Of a stretch of DNA of 64,000 bases, positions 48,182 to 60,797 are shown one piece after another. Source of the stretch: Azolla caroliniana (taxonomy: Eukaryota; Plantae; Polypodiophyta); assembly GCA_043228905.1 (NCBI GenBank), contig JBHGNT010000017.1, positions 7,564,001-7,628,000 on the forward strand, in the 5' to 3' direction. Made by a program: the position numbers and the translations under genes. Numbering within the stretch: the stretch's first letter is position 1; each line of letters opens with the position of its first letter. The notes under the pieces were generated by a model, which saw only the letters and a program-made list of their open reading frames with translations, made no database searches and had not been told where the DNA came from.

Positions 48182-51098
48182 TATGCAGAAAATGGAAGAA
48201 AGTTTCTTCTCTTGTTGTGTCAACAATTCTTTGAGTATGTAGCATATAGCTTACTGTGATTTGTAAAGGTTTCGCATGGGAATTTCCCATAGAAGAAAAA
48301 AGAAAGAAGAATGTGTCCATGAGATGTCATACAAGGTAAAGCTCGTGGAGTAATGAGCTTTCATTCATGGTAATGACAAGAAGTTAAATCAGGCAGTAGC
48401 ATTGAAAAAATCACCTTGGCCCAACATGCCCTTGTATATTTCAGAGTTTTCTTTTACTATAATTAACACCATTCTGATTTTGTCATACGTATCTCATTCT
48501 GTTTTCCAATATTGTTCATTGATTTCGTCGTTTAAAAGTTATTATATTTTGGTGGGTGTTACACTTAACATGGTTCGCTGACATACACTTAACAGCATCG
48601 AGGGAGAAACCTCAGTATGCAGGAAAAGAAGCTACTAACCTATTTTTTTATTGTGTTTCAGAGAGTTCTGTGACGACACAGGTATAATATATTATTTCTA
48701 CAATGCAACTATTAAAGAAAAACACGAAAATACCCACTGGAATACAAAAGATAGTACGTACTACAGATTTTTCTGGTACTAATTGAAAATATACAGGTAT
48801 TTGGGTGTTTTGCTTAACATTGTTATTAGTCTCTTCTGGCTGCATTTTTATTAGTTAGGCTGTATCTATGTGCTGTCCACATCTTCCATAACCGTATAAA
48901 AATTTCTAAACAATGTTTTTGTGAACTAGGTTTCTAGATGCATTTTTATCTTACCTAGATAGAATGTTAATTAGAATTATTATTTGCATCTTTGGCTTCT
49001 TTTGTCTTTATGTGCATTAACAGAATGCAGATCGAATAAAAATCATTTTCAAAGGAACAAAAGTTTGCTGGTTACTTTGAAATTATTCATTCAGCAGTGG
49101 TTTATTCAGCAAATAAGAATGATACAAGTAAGCATCCTTATACAGAATCCATGAGTGAATTCATTAAAGGTTATTGAAAATGCGTTTCATGTTATTTTCC
49201 CCAGGTTGTGTTATTAAAGTTTTTGAATAAGATGCAAATTTGATAGTTGCCTTGCCAAAACTTGAAGGTTCAAGTGAGATGAAATCTTGATGTTTATTTG
49301 CAAATCTCCAAAATAGTACTGTGTGATTGGTGGTAAATTGGACCTAGGGAAAAAAACATTTGGTCATTCATGATGGGAAGCATCTTCATTGAGGTTTATA
49401 TTCAAAGGAAAATGATATTTTTGTGCCCTTTTTAATGAATAAGCATCATATAAAGCATAGGAAAGGAGAGTTCAAATCTCGGGTTTCAAGTTACATTTTT
49501 CTTCTAGGTATCAATATTTTACCATTGGAACATATGGAATAAAAGATCATTTCTGTCACACATTAGAGGCTATGTACATCATAGACTTCAAAACCACAAA
49601 ATTGGATGTAGTGTTCGAGTAAAGTTTAATGGTGGGAATTATTCATTTAAGATCTATTTGTTGAGATTAAAATGTTTTACAAGTGCATTTAAAAAGCTTA
49701 CTTGAGAAGAGTATGTTTATACAAATGTATTTGCATTTCATTTACTGAATGCTAATCAAATCATATAGTGAAATGGACAGATTTTTCTTTAAATGAACAT
49801 TTAAGCATGATACGCATGTAAACAAATAGCAAGTTGAGTGCTATCATACATCATCAATATATGCCATGTTCTAGATAACCCAACCAAGATGAATAATAAT
49901 GAAATTGACATCATCGACCTTGGTCTTGTTCATTGGTAATACCACTGAGTTATGGAATTTAAACCATGCAGAGACAAGGAAATTCCATGACTTTACATCT
50001 TTGTAGCTATACTTGATTTCATTCATGGTCATATGCTACAACATTCAAATCCTTTGATGATGTGTTGACACATCATGCAGGCAAGCACCCAAGGTAATAT
50101 GCTACTGAATTGTAATATTATGCGTAACAAAATAATTTTCAAGCTCTCTTGTGTTATCATTTTAAGGCATGGGAGTAGGATGCCACTATGGGAAACACAT
50201 CGTAGGTATCAATGTGAGGTTGACCTATTGCATGCATAACAATACATCATGGTAGAAAGAAGAGAAAATAATATATTAACATCTACTAGAGGAAAAAATC
50301 AGTTGATGAAACAACTTATGATCACATGTATGGGTGAATTCAAGTTTAATGCAAATAAAAGCTCAAGGTTTCCTAAAACCATGGATATGATTTTAATGCA
50401 TATATCATGGATTGATTTTGGGGCTGGATTATACGCATGACGTGCAAAAGTAATATGCAAGGGTTGAGCGTAGTGAGGGGACACCACAACTGAGGTTGGT
50501 TGGTGTGATGGGATGGCAAATTGTTAAAACCCCCCAAAGTGTAACCAAGGCTTACAAATTTCTAATCTAAAGTGAATCAACTCGAACTAGGTAAGTCGTT
50601 ATGTTGTAGTTGTTTGCTTTGGCCCAAACTGAATTGTTGTTGATTCCTAGGAGTGATCCTATGCATTAGATGTATACCTTTTTTAATGTGACCAAACATT
50701 CATTTGAGGAGTATAATTCTATCTTGACAGATGAGTAATGGGGTGGGTTCTCCTAAAATCGTCTGAAAAAAAATTCATAAATAAAATAACGAATTAGAAA
50801 TAAAGATAAATTCAATTGGAGAAAAATAAGTCTAGAATGTTAGGGAACTATTTGATGTCAAAATGTAATCAAAGAATATATAATAATAATATATTAACAA
50901 GAAGAACAAGATATACAAAAATACATCCAAAACTAGCATTAAATTGGAATGGTGCATTAACACTAGAGACTAGCTTATAAAACATGGTTTGGAAACATGC
51001 ATGCTTACCACCTTACAACAGAGTATGATAGCCACTTTACATTCATACAATCATGATATTTGGCTATCATGCATTAGCTTGTATTAGGTGGTGACATC

Positions 51099-51994
51099 TA
51101 GCTATGGGCCTAGTTTTGGCTCAAACTAAAACGAATAGTTAAGCTATGGTTTAATGGTTTATCAGTTCCAAAATAATTAAATGGTTTGGATTCTTAATAA
51201 ATGTTTCAGGTTGATTCAAAAACTCAGGTTTATCGATTTATAGGTTTAAGTGGTTTGGTTAAAGGTTTATTGGTTTAGTTTGGATTCTTAATATGCTTTA
51301 AAGTTTAGGTTGATTCAAAAAGTTGGGTTTATCAATTTATAGATTTAAGTGGTTTGGTTAATAGTACGTAATATACTTGAATGCATTGGCGAACATTCTT
51401 TTTCATACGAATGCGAACGAATGTGTATGTTATTAAAACATTCTTATGTTTTTTTTAACACTTTTTAGATTAACTTTCTCACATTAAAAAAAATTTACCT
51501 TATAATAAATAATGAATACAAAAGTATGGTATTTTACATACTTTGAGGGTGTTTACCACACTCGAATGATTGAAACATTCTTGAATGCGAATGCACATAT
51601 GATTTATACTATTAACACTTTTTTCCTTAATGGTTTAAGTAATATTTTTATTGATTTAGTTAAATCCAATGGTTTAGTCAATGTTTTTTTTATTGATTTG
51701 CTTAATTTAACTTAAATGCTTATTCAATTTAATGTATTTTTGTTTATTTAATTAGTTTGAATTAAATGGTTAGGTTTATTTTTGGAAAAAAAAAGGTTAG
51801 GTTTAGGTTTTTTATTTACTTTTCCCTAAACGATTTGGTTAAATAATTTGGTTTACCTTTTTTGAAATGGTTTGGTTTAAATGGATTGAGAGTTCATAAG
51901 CGGTTTGTTTTGGTTTTTGTTTTATATAAATGGTTTGGTTTAGTTCAGTTTGGTTCCAAGACAAAGAAATTGAATCAAACCAAGCCCATTGCTA
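51099..51994. mobile_element. Non-autonomous hAT-type element (MITE) with 8-bp TSD
   Basis: TIRs TAGCTATGGGC / GCCCATTGCTA. TSD GTGACATC at 51091-51098 and 51995-52002. Many subterminal GGTTT motifs. Confidence 0.85.
51362..51611. mobile_element. MITE-like element nested in the hAT element
   Basis: TAGTACGTAA..TATACTA; inverted homologue of 39856-40122. Confidence 0.6.
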
Positions 51995-52932
51995 GTGACA
52001 TCCTCAATGCTAAGTTATCAAGGAAATGGAGGAATATATGATTCAGAAAGTTCCAAAAATAATATATGGAACTCTAGATAAACACCATATTGAGGGAGAT
52101 CAAGTGGAAATGGGACTTTCATTGATTTGGTAAGAGATTTAAGTATAGACCACAATGTTGATAATCCAACTTGTTGCAAGGCATGATGATCTTTGCATTA
52201 CTTATAAAAGCCATACATGATCCCCAACTCAGAACTCATGTCATGCTAGTGATTCAATCAAGATGATAATGATATGCAAATTTCTTATTTGTGGCTTGAG
52301 CATCATATAAATAATGAGAAAGAGAAATTTGAAACTCTAAGCGTTTATGTATACAATCTCCCACAACAAGATATTTCAAGATTTTTGGATGTTCAAGCAT
52401 TGTCTAATAGGGATGACATCCCATGTTGGGAAAAGAAGTGAAGTCTATTTCGTAGAATAATGAATTGAATTATCTTAAAGGGAAGAGATCTTTAGTTAAG
52501 CGGATTACATAACCGATAATTTTTTTCCTTTTATTGGTATTGAAATTCTTTTTTAAAGTATGTGTGGTTTCCGTGTACATGATATTGGAACACGTCTTAT
52601 GAATAGATGTAGTTATGCCTCCCTTTGATATCGTGGGGCCAAAGGTAAGATTGGAGTATACCCTATTGGTAGTGAATCGGGCAATGCTGATTTTTTGTCA
52701 TGCTTGAGCTACTACCTTAACTAACACTAGTGATTAGTGGTTCCTAATGTCTTGTCGAGCTTGATGCCTCTTGTTGGCACCATTGTCTTCATAACTTGTG
52801 TCTCAAGTGGTAGATACTTCACAAAGGAAGATATTTGGAAGAAAACTCAAGGAGTGCAAATAGTCAACTTAATTATCTTGATGGTAGTTCATGAAACAAC
52901 CAAGATATTTGTTATGTGTATAATAATAATAA

Positions 52933-53402
52933 TTGATCATGAGATAGGTTGTCTGTAGGTTTTCCTGATCTTATGATGAGTACGTAGGGGTTAATACTGA
53001 AAGGAACAGAGGTATGAATTGTAATATTCAATAAAATGGTGTGGGGCGACTTTTAAGTATATCATCACTTGATCACTTCAAATAAAGTAGTCAAGTATGA
53101 ACATACTAGGGCCTAGGGTTTCTGACAATATAAGGAGTCTAGCTACCTTCTTATCAATGGAGGCATGACTTACATTGAGATTATAATCGCGTGGCTATTG
53201 TTCTTGTTAACTAAACACGTGCGATCCTCGCATGGTCCAAGGTTTGACTCACATCAACCCTCAATGGTATGGGACATCGAGGAAGTTTGGGTCCGTCTCA
53301 CACATTTGCTAGGGAGTGGTCGGGTGGTTTGGCACCCCTCTTTCCTTTCTTTGATCTATAAATCCTTATGGTCTGTGTAATTAGTTAGTTAGATTGTAAC
53401 CA
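52933..53402 (+). repeat. Dispersed ~400-bp repeat, copy 3 (probable LTR, followed by a degenerate Met PBS)
   Basis: Homologous to 7370-7760 and 8333-8769. Followed by CA-TTGGTATTAGAAC. Confidence 0.65.
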
Positions 53403-54206
53403 TTGGTATTAGAACATACGAATTCCATGGTACAACAAATGGGGGATAACCTCTTGATTTGGGAATGAGTGGAATGTGAACTTCAGTATTTATGCAAAAA
53501 AAACAAGCAAATCTCTTCCCTTCTTTTTCGTTATATATTCTCTTCGATTATATATGCCAACGACGTGTGTTACATGTGTGTTTAAATGCTCAAATTTGGG
53601 TTTGTCATGTGTCTTGTGTATTGTTGCATATATTTGGTGTGGTTATTATTATTTCGTTTTACCGCATGGGGTAAATTAGTTGCTTTTATGAATCTAACTT
53701 AAATGAGTCGATGTGAGTCACTTGTTCAATGGTGGATCTTGAGTTTCTTGCGTTTTTCTTTTTGGTTTATTATAATTATGATTTTAATTATTTTAATAAA
53801 TTTATTGTATTTTATTTAAAAAGAAAAAGAAAAAGAAAAAGAACTCTCTTTCTAGTTTCGCCCAATATATTGGATCAAGCAATGTACTATGACTGGTGGC
53901 TTACCCCACCACAACATGTGGCCACCACCAATGCTATGACAAACACTTGGGGAGTACATAGTGGGGGTATTGGTAACACGTGACCTGAGGGCACCATAGA
54001 ACAACCAATGCCCTTGCTTTACATCACCATGGCAGTGTGTGCACTCATGGGGGTCTCGTCACTATGGGTCGTCACCATGGGGTATTGCATCATACAATAG
54101 ACCAAGCCATTGTCTATATCAGTCATCATGGCAACACACTCATGGGGGTCATCATCATGGGGAATTGGCATCGTATAGTGATGTGACAAATGTAGAATAC
54201 ACAAGT

Positions 54207-54331
54207 TATGGTAACATCCTCAATAGATGTACTAGGATACACACTATGGTAACATCCTCAATAGATGTAGCATGTGCACTATGGTAACATCCTCAATAGA
54301 TGTAGCATGTGCACTATGGTAACGTCCTCAT
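54207..54331. repeat. 35-bp minisatellite, about 3.5 units
   Basis: CACTATGGTAACATCCTCAATAGATGTAGCATGTG repeated. Confidence 0.9.
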
Positions 54332-54527
54332 AGGGTATCGTTACCACATAATCACACTATAAGATCCTAGCTTTGGGTTTAGGATTTGATAAACACATTG
54401 TTGCTAGCAATAGGGTACGTATGTGCCTTATGGCAATTGACACACGCCTCGTTGTCCACACGTTGTATATGACTATCCTTCCATACAAGGTGTACATATA
54501 TGGGTGTGTTTTCTTTCTGGTGGGATA

Positions 54528-54568
<41 letters not shown>

Positions 54569-54584
54569 CATACATACATATATA
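54528..54584. repeat. (TA)n microsatellite
   Basis: Directly visible. Confidence 0.95.
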
Positions 54585-56299
54585 TGGACAATGTATTTAT
54601 TCCCAATCAAATACACTATAAATCTACCAATGTCAAGCGTCCATTTTTTTTTCTTATTGGGCTTTATATATCTATTGCATTAGAGCACCTACTATTGACA
54701 CAATATGTCGATTTGTTGATTTAAAGCTATATGTCATGTGCTTTTTTGTTTTGATCAATGAACGATATATACATATATACCCTTGTAGATAGTTGGGTGT
54801 GGTCTTTTCTAGTCGACGACAATCATTATATTTATATATCTTCTTAACACACACTAGTGTTTTTTGTCAGTGGGATATGATCTATATACATGTCTATTTG
54901 CAGCTCACACTAGTGCTTTTTTTGTGATGGACTATATATATTCTTATCTAAAGGTGGAACACCCATCATTCACGTGTTTGCGGGCATTTATTTTGGTTAT
55001 GATCATTGTGTGTGGACAACTCTATTTTTCAAGAAATAATACACACAATACTTTTACAAAAAATTATATTTTTATTTATTTTTCACACATGATTTCCTAA
55101 TTTATATATATGTTGGACATCCAAGCGCTATAAATTAGAGCACCAAACATACATTAATCCTTGTTTCTCACTAGAGCATCTTTTGGCATGACCAACTAGA
55201 TTCTCTAGTTCATTGTTCTGTTGTGATATGGGAAATGCATAAGAGAAAATAATTTAAATTAGGAATATCAAAAAGATTGAATGATAGATCGAGGGTGTGG
55301 TATGAAGGACAAATAACAAGTTGCATTTAAAAAGAATAAAATTTTTTAGTTCAATTGTGAAAAGCTTGTACTATGAGTGGGAGGTCAAAGCTTTTTACTA
55401 GCATTAGGCACCAAAAGGAAAAGTAGAGCATGCAAGTTGGAATAAAAAACATGGTGCATGCTACAATAAAAAAGCACCCAATAATTTTGTTGGTGAGAGC
55501 CTCTTGAATCCTATAAAAAGGGGATGTGAGCTCATTGTTTGAGGGGGGGAGCAAGTTAGAGAGGCAGAAGTGTTGCCGAAATTTGAAGAGAGAAGGCTAC
55601 AGTTGTGAATCAAGAGGGTGTGCGAGATCAATGATAACAAAAGGCGATGTGTCGTTCATTGATACATCATACATAAAATCAAGGATATCCCCCTGAAGCC
55701 CTACTCGTGAACTTATCTTTTCCATTTATTCCTATCTTCTTCCAACCTATCTTTCTTCTATGGCTTGTTCACTCCATGAAACGGAGCCGACAATGTTTCT
55801 TGTTGTACTTCCACTCTTTTGAACTTATTACTACTCACAAAATCTTGATATAAAATTTATTTCGTTATTTTGTGCAAATCCCTGTGAGTATCTGGCACAA
55901 AGTCTTTGTCACGAGGTTCATAATGAACTTTTTGGATCTTGATTCTAAGCACCGAACAAGGAATTACATCTACTCGTAAATTACATTTTCGTGACAAGCC
56001 ATCAAGTTTGAAGAGTCTTTGAGTTTGAGGAGTCTTCAATTTTGGAGAGCCCTCGAGTGTTAGGGAACCCTCGACTCTAACGAGCCTTCGACTCTGATGA
56101 GGCTTCAACTTCGATAAACCTTAGACTCTAGAGAGCCTTCAAGTCACCTACGTCCGCACCTTCCTAGTCCTTGTGTCCTACCTAGTTCAAGTTCCCGGTG
56201 GTTCCGCTAAGATTTTACATGCACATGTAAAACTTCGCGACACCATGTACAAATATCACAATGTTCATCGCCACCGAAACTCCGTAATCTGTATGGGTA

Positions 56300-57118
56300 C
56301 AATGAGTAAATGGCACATCATTATGCGTACATGACTAGAGTGACTGAGATACGCGATCTGAAGAGCTACGTGGAGGTGGCACAGGATGCCAATTGGAAAA
56401 CGGCCATGGAGGAAGAGATGCACGCATTGGCCAAAAACGAGACATGGGACCCCCCCTATAGGTGTCAAGCCTATCAACAACAGATGGGTGTACAAAGTAA
56501 AGTACAACGCCGATGGCTCTGTCAACAGGTACAAGGCCTGACTAGTGGCCAAGGGTTATGCGTAGCAACACAGAATAGAGTACGATGAAACGTTTGCGCC
56601 GATCGCCAAGATGGGGATCATCCATGTGTCGTTGGCCGCCGTGGCAGCAAAGGGTTGGCATCTACATCAGATGGATGTAAAGAACGTGTTCCCGCAAGGT
56701 GAGCTTGAGGAATAGGTGTACATGGTACAACCCCCGGATTTCAATCCGAGATGCACAAGTTGGTAGTGTGTTGACTAAAGAAGTCTCTTTACTGATGCAA
56801 CCAAGCCCCTTGAGCTTGGAACACCAAAATTACATAGTGCTTGCATAATATGGGGTTTGCTCCGTCAAAGTCTGGCTCGTCCTTGTTCATCCGCCAAGGT
56901 CAGTTAGTATTTTGTTGTATGCGGATGACTTGGTCATTGCCGGAGCCGACCTAGAGGAAATCGGCCACGTCAAGTCTTAGTTGGTGGTATCATTTGAGAT
57001 AATTGACTTGGAGGACCTTAGTACTTCCTCGAGATCGAAGTGATTTGCACCCTAGAAGGCATATTGATCACCTAAAGACATTACATGCTGAAAATGCTTT
57101 TCAAGTTCGGCATGACGG
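56300..57118 (+). mobile_element. Degenerate Ty1/copia RT fragment
   Basis: NWKTAMEEEMHALAKNETWD, RWVYKVKYNADGSVNRYKA*LVAKGY, GWHLHQMDVKN. Cut at 57118 by an LTR. Confidence 0.9.
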
Positions 57119-59426
57119 TGTCGTGCCTTTCGACGCCAGAACGTTGTGTGAGTTGGGTGGGAACCGCTGGGGTTTTGGCCTAGGAGGTTGGATAATTCAA
57201 GGCAAATAAGAATGTGAATAGGTTGTAAGTAAAAGATATAAAAACCTCGTGAATCCCACGGGTATAGTGTATTAATCAACACTTAGATAAGAATATGAAT
57301 TTAGATAAAAAAAGAAAGAGATAAAAAACTTGTGAATCCCACAAGTATAGTTTATTAATCCACCCTTCTAAAAATATTCAACAACCATATACATCTTTCT
57401 CTCTTCCTTATATAGTGATGGAATAGTCTAAGTTTACCACATGCAAGCATCATGCCTTTTCTAACTTTAGTTTTCATGCACACTACATGTGCATGATTAG
57501 CTTTCTATCATATCTTATCATTTAACTCGAGTGTGTATGCATGAATAACTTTTTCTATCATGCATATCTAGAATATTTACATGGGATAAAGTTTAGTGTA
57601 TCTTTAAAACTCATAATATGGTAGTACAATGGTAAGACTTAAAATCGTTAACATGGAGGTACAAGGTTCAAATCCTACCCTATGCATGTAACAGAAGTTT
57701 TGTAGTATTTTCTCGTATTTTGTTATACTTAGTCAATCGGGTACTCCACACATATTTTACATAATGTACAAAGTACACCACGACACTCACCCCCTCCGAA
57801 CCTACACATCCTCCGGTATGTGCCAAAGTCTCTGGTACTTGCTCGTTACTCTTCTTCATCCGAAGCACCCTCTGTCTGTTCCCCTATGTCGATTATTAAA
57901 TCCAACTCACTTTCCTCACTTTCTACACCACCGTGATCTTTGTCCGATTGCTCCTCGTTGAGGTCTTGTCTAAGGTAACGCAGGGTTCGTTGTCAGTTCG
58001 CTTCTTGAAAATCTTCACCTGTTTCCCTGCTATAGGCACCCGTGGTACCGTTCCATCGAACTCACTTAGTTGGTAGGTTTCGTTGTCAAAAACTTTCCGA
58101 ATTTCGTATGGTCCGAACCACCTTTTAGCGAATTTTGGGATCGTTGTGTGTTGATGATCCAAACAACTGTCATAGACTATCATCCAATCTCCTTCTTCAA
58201 TCTTCTGTGGTCGTAGACGGTGCTTTGTGTCGAATTGCCTTTTGTTGCAGAACCGCGCTTCTTGTTGTCTGCGTATTGCATCCGCTATGTCTTCTGGTCT
58301 TCTCTTTAGTTGTCGTATCCGAACCACTAGTGGTTCTTCCCGGCTCATCTCTTCCTTCCACGACAACATTGTCCATGTTGTAATTGCGGATTTCGCTGGC
58401 ATTACTAGTGCCTGGCCGGTCATAAGTTCCGCCGGCATATAACCGGTCACGAAACTATGCGTTGTGCGATCTGCCCATAGTGCATACGGAAGCATCTGCG
58501 ACCAATTCTTCACCCTTCCGTCGCATGCTTTTGCAAGTGCCTTAACGATTGGACTATTTCATCGTTCGATCTTCCCGTTGGCTTCCGGATTGTATATTGT
58601 GGTCAGTGTTAACTGTACACCATATTTGGCGAAGAATTCCCTAGCTTTATCAGAGACAAGTTCTCCCCGATTTGCAATCACTTGTCCTACACACCCGTAC
58701 CTGTAGAACACTTCTTCCAAGAGAAATTGGCATACTCTAGAACATGTCTTCCTCCGTAGTGCCCGACCTTCTACTTGGTTCGTCAGATCTTCCCGAGCTA
58801 ATACCAAGTACTTCTTTTGTCCGATCCCGGTTGGCATGGCCACAATGTCGACCATCCATTTGAAGTTGATTGTCGGTGAGAATGTCAGATGTAATTCATC
58901 TTGGTGTCGAACTCCGGAGTAGATTTGGCATTTCTCATAGCTTTCCGTGAACTCCACTACATCTTTATACATATTCTTCCACCAATATTTTTGCTTGATC
59001 TTTGCAAATGTTGCCAATGTTTCCCGATGTCCAGCCCAATCAGATTCATGAAATTCGGATATTATTCGATTTCGTTGCTCTTTTGTTCCAACTACCCGCA
59101 GTGGTATGCCATCCGGTCTTTTCGGCTCCCTCCAGATTAATCCATTGTTCAAAAAGAACTTTCGGACTTGCCACTTCTTACTTCGGATCTCAACTCTCTT
59201 TTCCATATTGTCCGATGATTCCTCGATTTCTTGTAGCACCTTCTCGATCATCAGGCTTTCTCCCTCGTATTCGGCTTCCCAAATTCTCGTATTACGTTCC
59301 CCTGACATATGTGCTCTGAAGTAAAGTAGTTTTCGGAAACTTCTCCATTATCGGATTCAGCTATGTCGTCTCCGAATCGTGCCCTTGACAGCATATCCGC
59401 TACTGCGTTGTCTTTTCCGGAGATGT
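57119..59426 (-). mobile_element. Ty3/gypsy element D, 3' part (RH end, integrase, PPT, 3' LTR 57119-57785)
   Basis: ISGKDNAVADMLSR; FHESDWAGH..KWMVDIVAMP..LAREDLTNQVEGRAL..YNPEANGKIER; RWFGPY. PPT GGAGGGGGTGAG (complement of 57786-57797). LTR termini TGTCGTG/CACGACA. Confidence 0.9.
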
Positions 59427-60282
59427 TTCCCCTTCTTTACACTCTCATTTAACCCTCACACTTATCCACGTGTATAGAATACTACGGTAAATTCTCACCA
59501 CGGGATATTATATGGTCATGCCCGTAACATACTCCCCCTCTTTAAAACATTGCACTCTTGTAATGGAAAGTTAGGGAAGTTAGTTCTGAGAGTATTTTCG
59601 TGTTCCCATGTGGCATCTTTTATTGATTTATCCATCCATTTTACTTTAAAATCTTGGATTTCTTTAGTACGTAATTTTTTTGTTTTAACATCAAGAATTC
59701 TTTCTAGTACATGTGGTTTAGAAGATAATTCTTCAGAAGTAACCAGAGTTTTAGTTGTAACTGTATTGTTGCTAGAACCTAGAAGTTCTTTTAGACGACT
59801 CACATGAAAAACTGGATGCATTTCAACACCATTGGGAAGAGCGAGACGGTAGGCCAATGACCCAATGCGTTTGAGGACTGTAAAAGGTCCACAAAACCGT
59901 GGGGCTAACTTAGCGTAGTTACCCTCAGACAATGTCTTAGAATTGTGAGGTACACGTAAAAATACCTTCTGTCTAGGGTTGAATGCACGAGGTTGCCTAT
60001 GATGATCGACATAAAAACGCGCTCTATCTTGAGCTGTTTTTATATTATCTCGTGCAATATGCAACATATCTTGCATATCCTGAAGAAAGTTTTGTTTACT
60101 TCGCAACTCATCATGATGTATATTAACATCAATCGGGGCTTGTAGCTGAAAACCATACATCAACATAAAAGGATTATATCCCGTCGACGTATGCTTGGAG
60201 CTATTAGAAGCAAACTCCAAAATTGGGAGATAACGTTCCCATTTTGTTGGTTTTGCACCAACGTATGCTCGAAGCATGTCCT
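59424..60282 (-). mobile_element. Plant-type chromovirus 3' end (integrase C-terminus, chromodomain, PPT, short or truncated LTR)
   Basis: KLAPRFCGPF..HPVFHVSRLK..ERILDVKTKKLR..KVKW..DATWE. PPT AGAGGGGGAGTA, then TGTTACG at 59529. Confidence 0.9.
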
Positions 60283-60797
60283 TGTCATGATATGGCAAGA
60301 CTCGAACCCATGACCTTATGCTACATGGGTCGAGCTCTTGACCATCAGACTATACATTGTAATACGTAGAATATTATTTTCATTTATGTTTTATTTCAGA
60401 AAATTGATGTATATTCCAGATTTCTCTGGAACATTCTAGAAACTTCAAGAGTATTCCTTGGAACACTATAAAAGGAGGCACGAGGCATTATTTCGAACCA
60501 AATCGGTTCAACGCCAGTCTTAAGCCTCCTAAGCTACTGTACATTCTCTTCACATAATATATATCTTTTCTTATCATCTCTCTCTCTCGATCTCTCTCTC
60601 TCCCTCACTCACTCTTTCCTTCTCTCGAGAGTTCTTCATCTCTCTTAGTACTAATACTTCTTTTAGTACTAAATCCTTCTCTGTCTTAGTACTGTTCCTG
60701 ACAGTTTGAACCGATTTACGCCGATCTTCCTTTCCTCCTCTTCCTTTCCTCCTGTTCCTTTTATCTTCTTATTAATCCTCTTATCCTCCCTAGTAAA

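Noticed and set aside
48300-51050. Short ORFs downstream of the kinase
   Set aside because: AT-rich, 60-65 aa, no motifs; treated as 3' UTR, intergenic or decayed repeat.
54207-54331. 35-bp repeats as CRISPR or iterons
   Set aside because: Head-to-tail minisatellite with no unique spacers.
55130-56150. LTR-like segment (TATA near 55513) and ~18-bp GAGCCTTCGACTCT repeats
   Set aside because: Probably retroelement-derived, but no termini, TSD or PBS could be fixed.
57618-57687. Functional tRNA gene
   Set aside because: A/B boxes are present but the acceptor and anticodon stems do not pair convincingly; embedded in an LTR. The same applies to 6352, 38320 and 60290.
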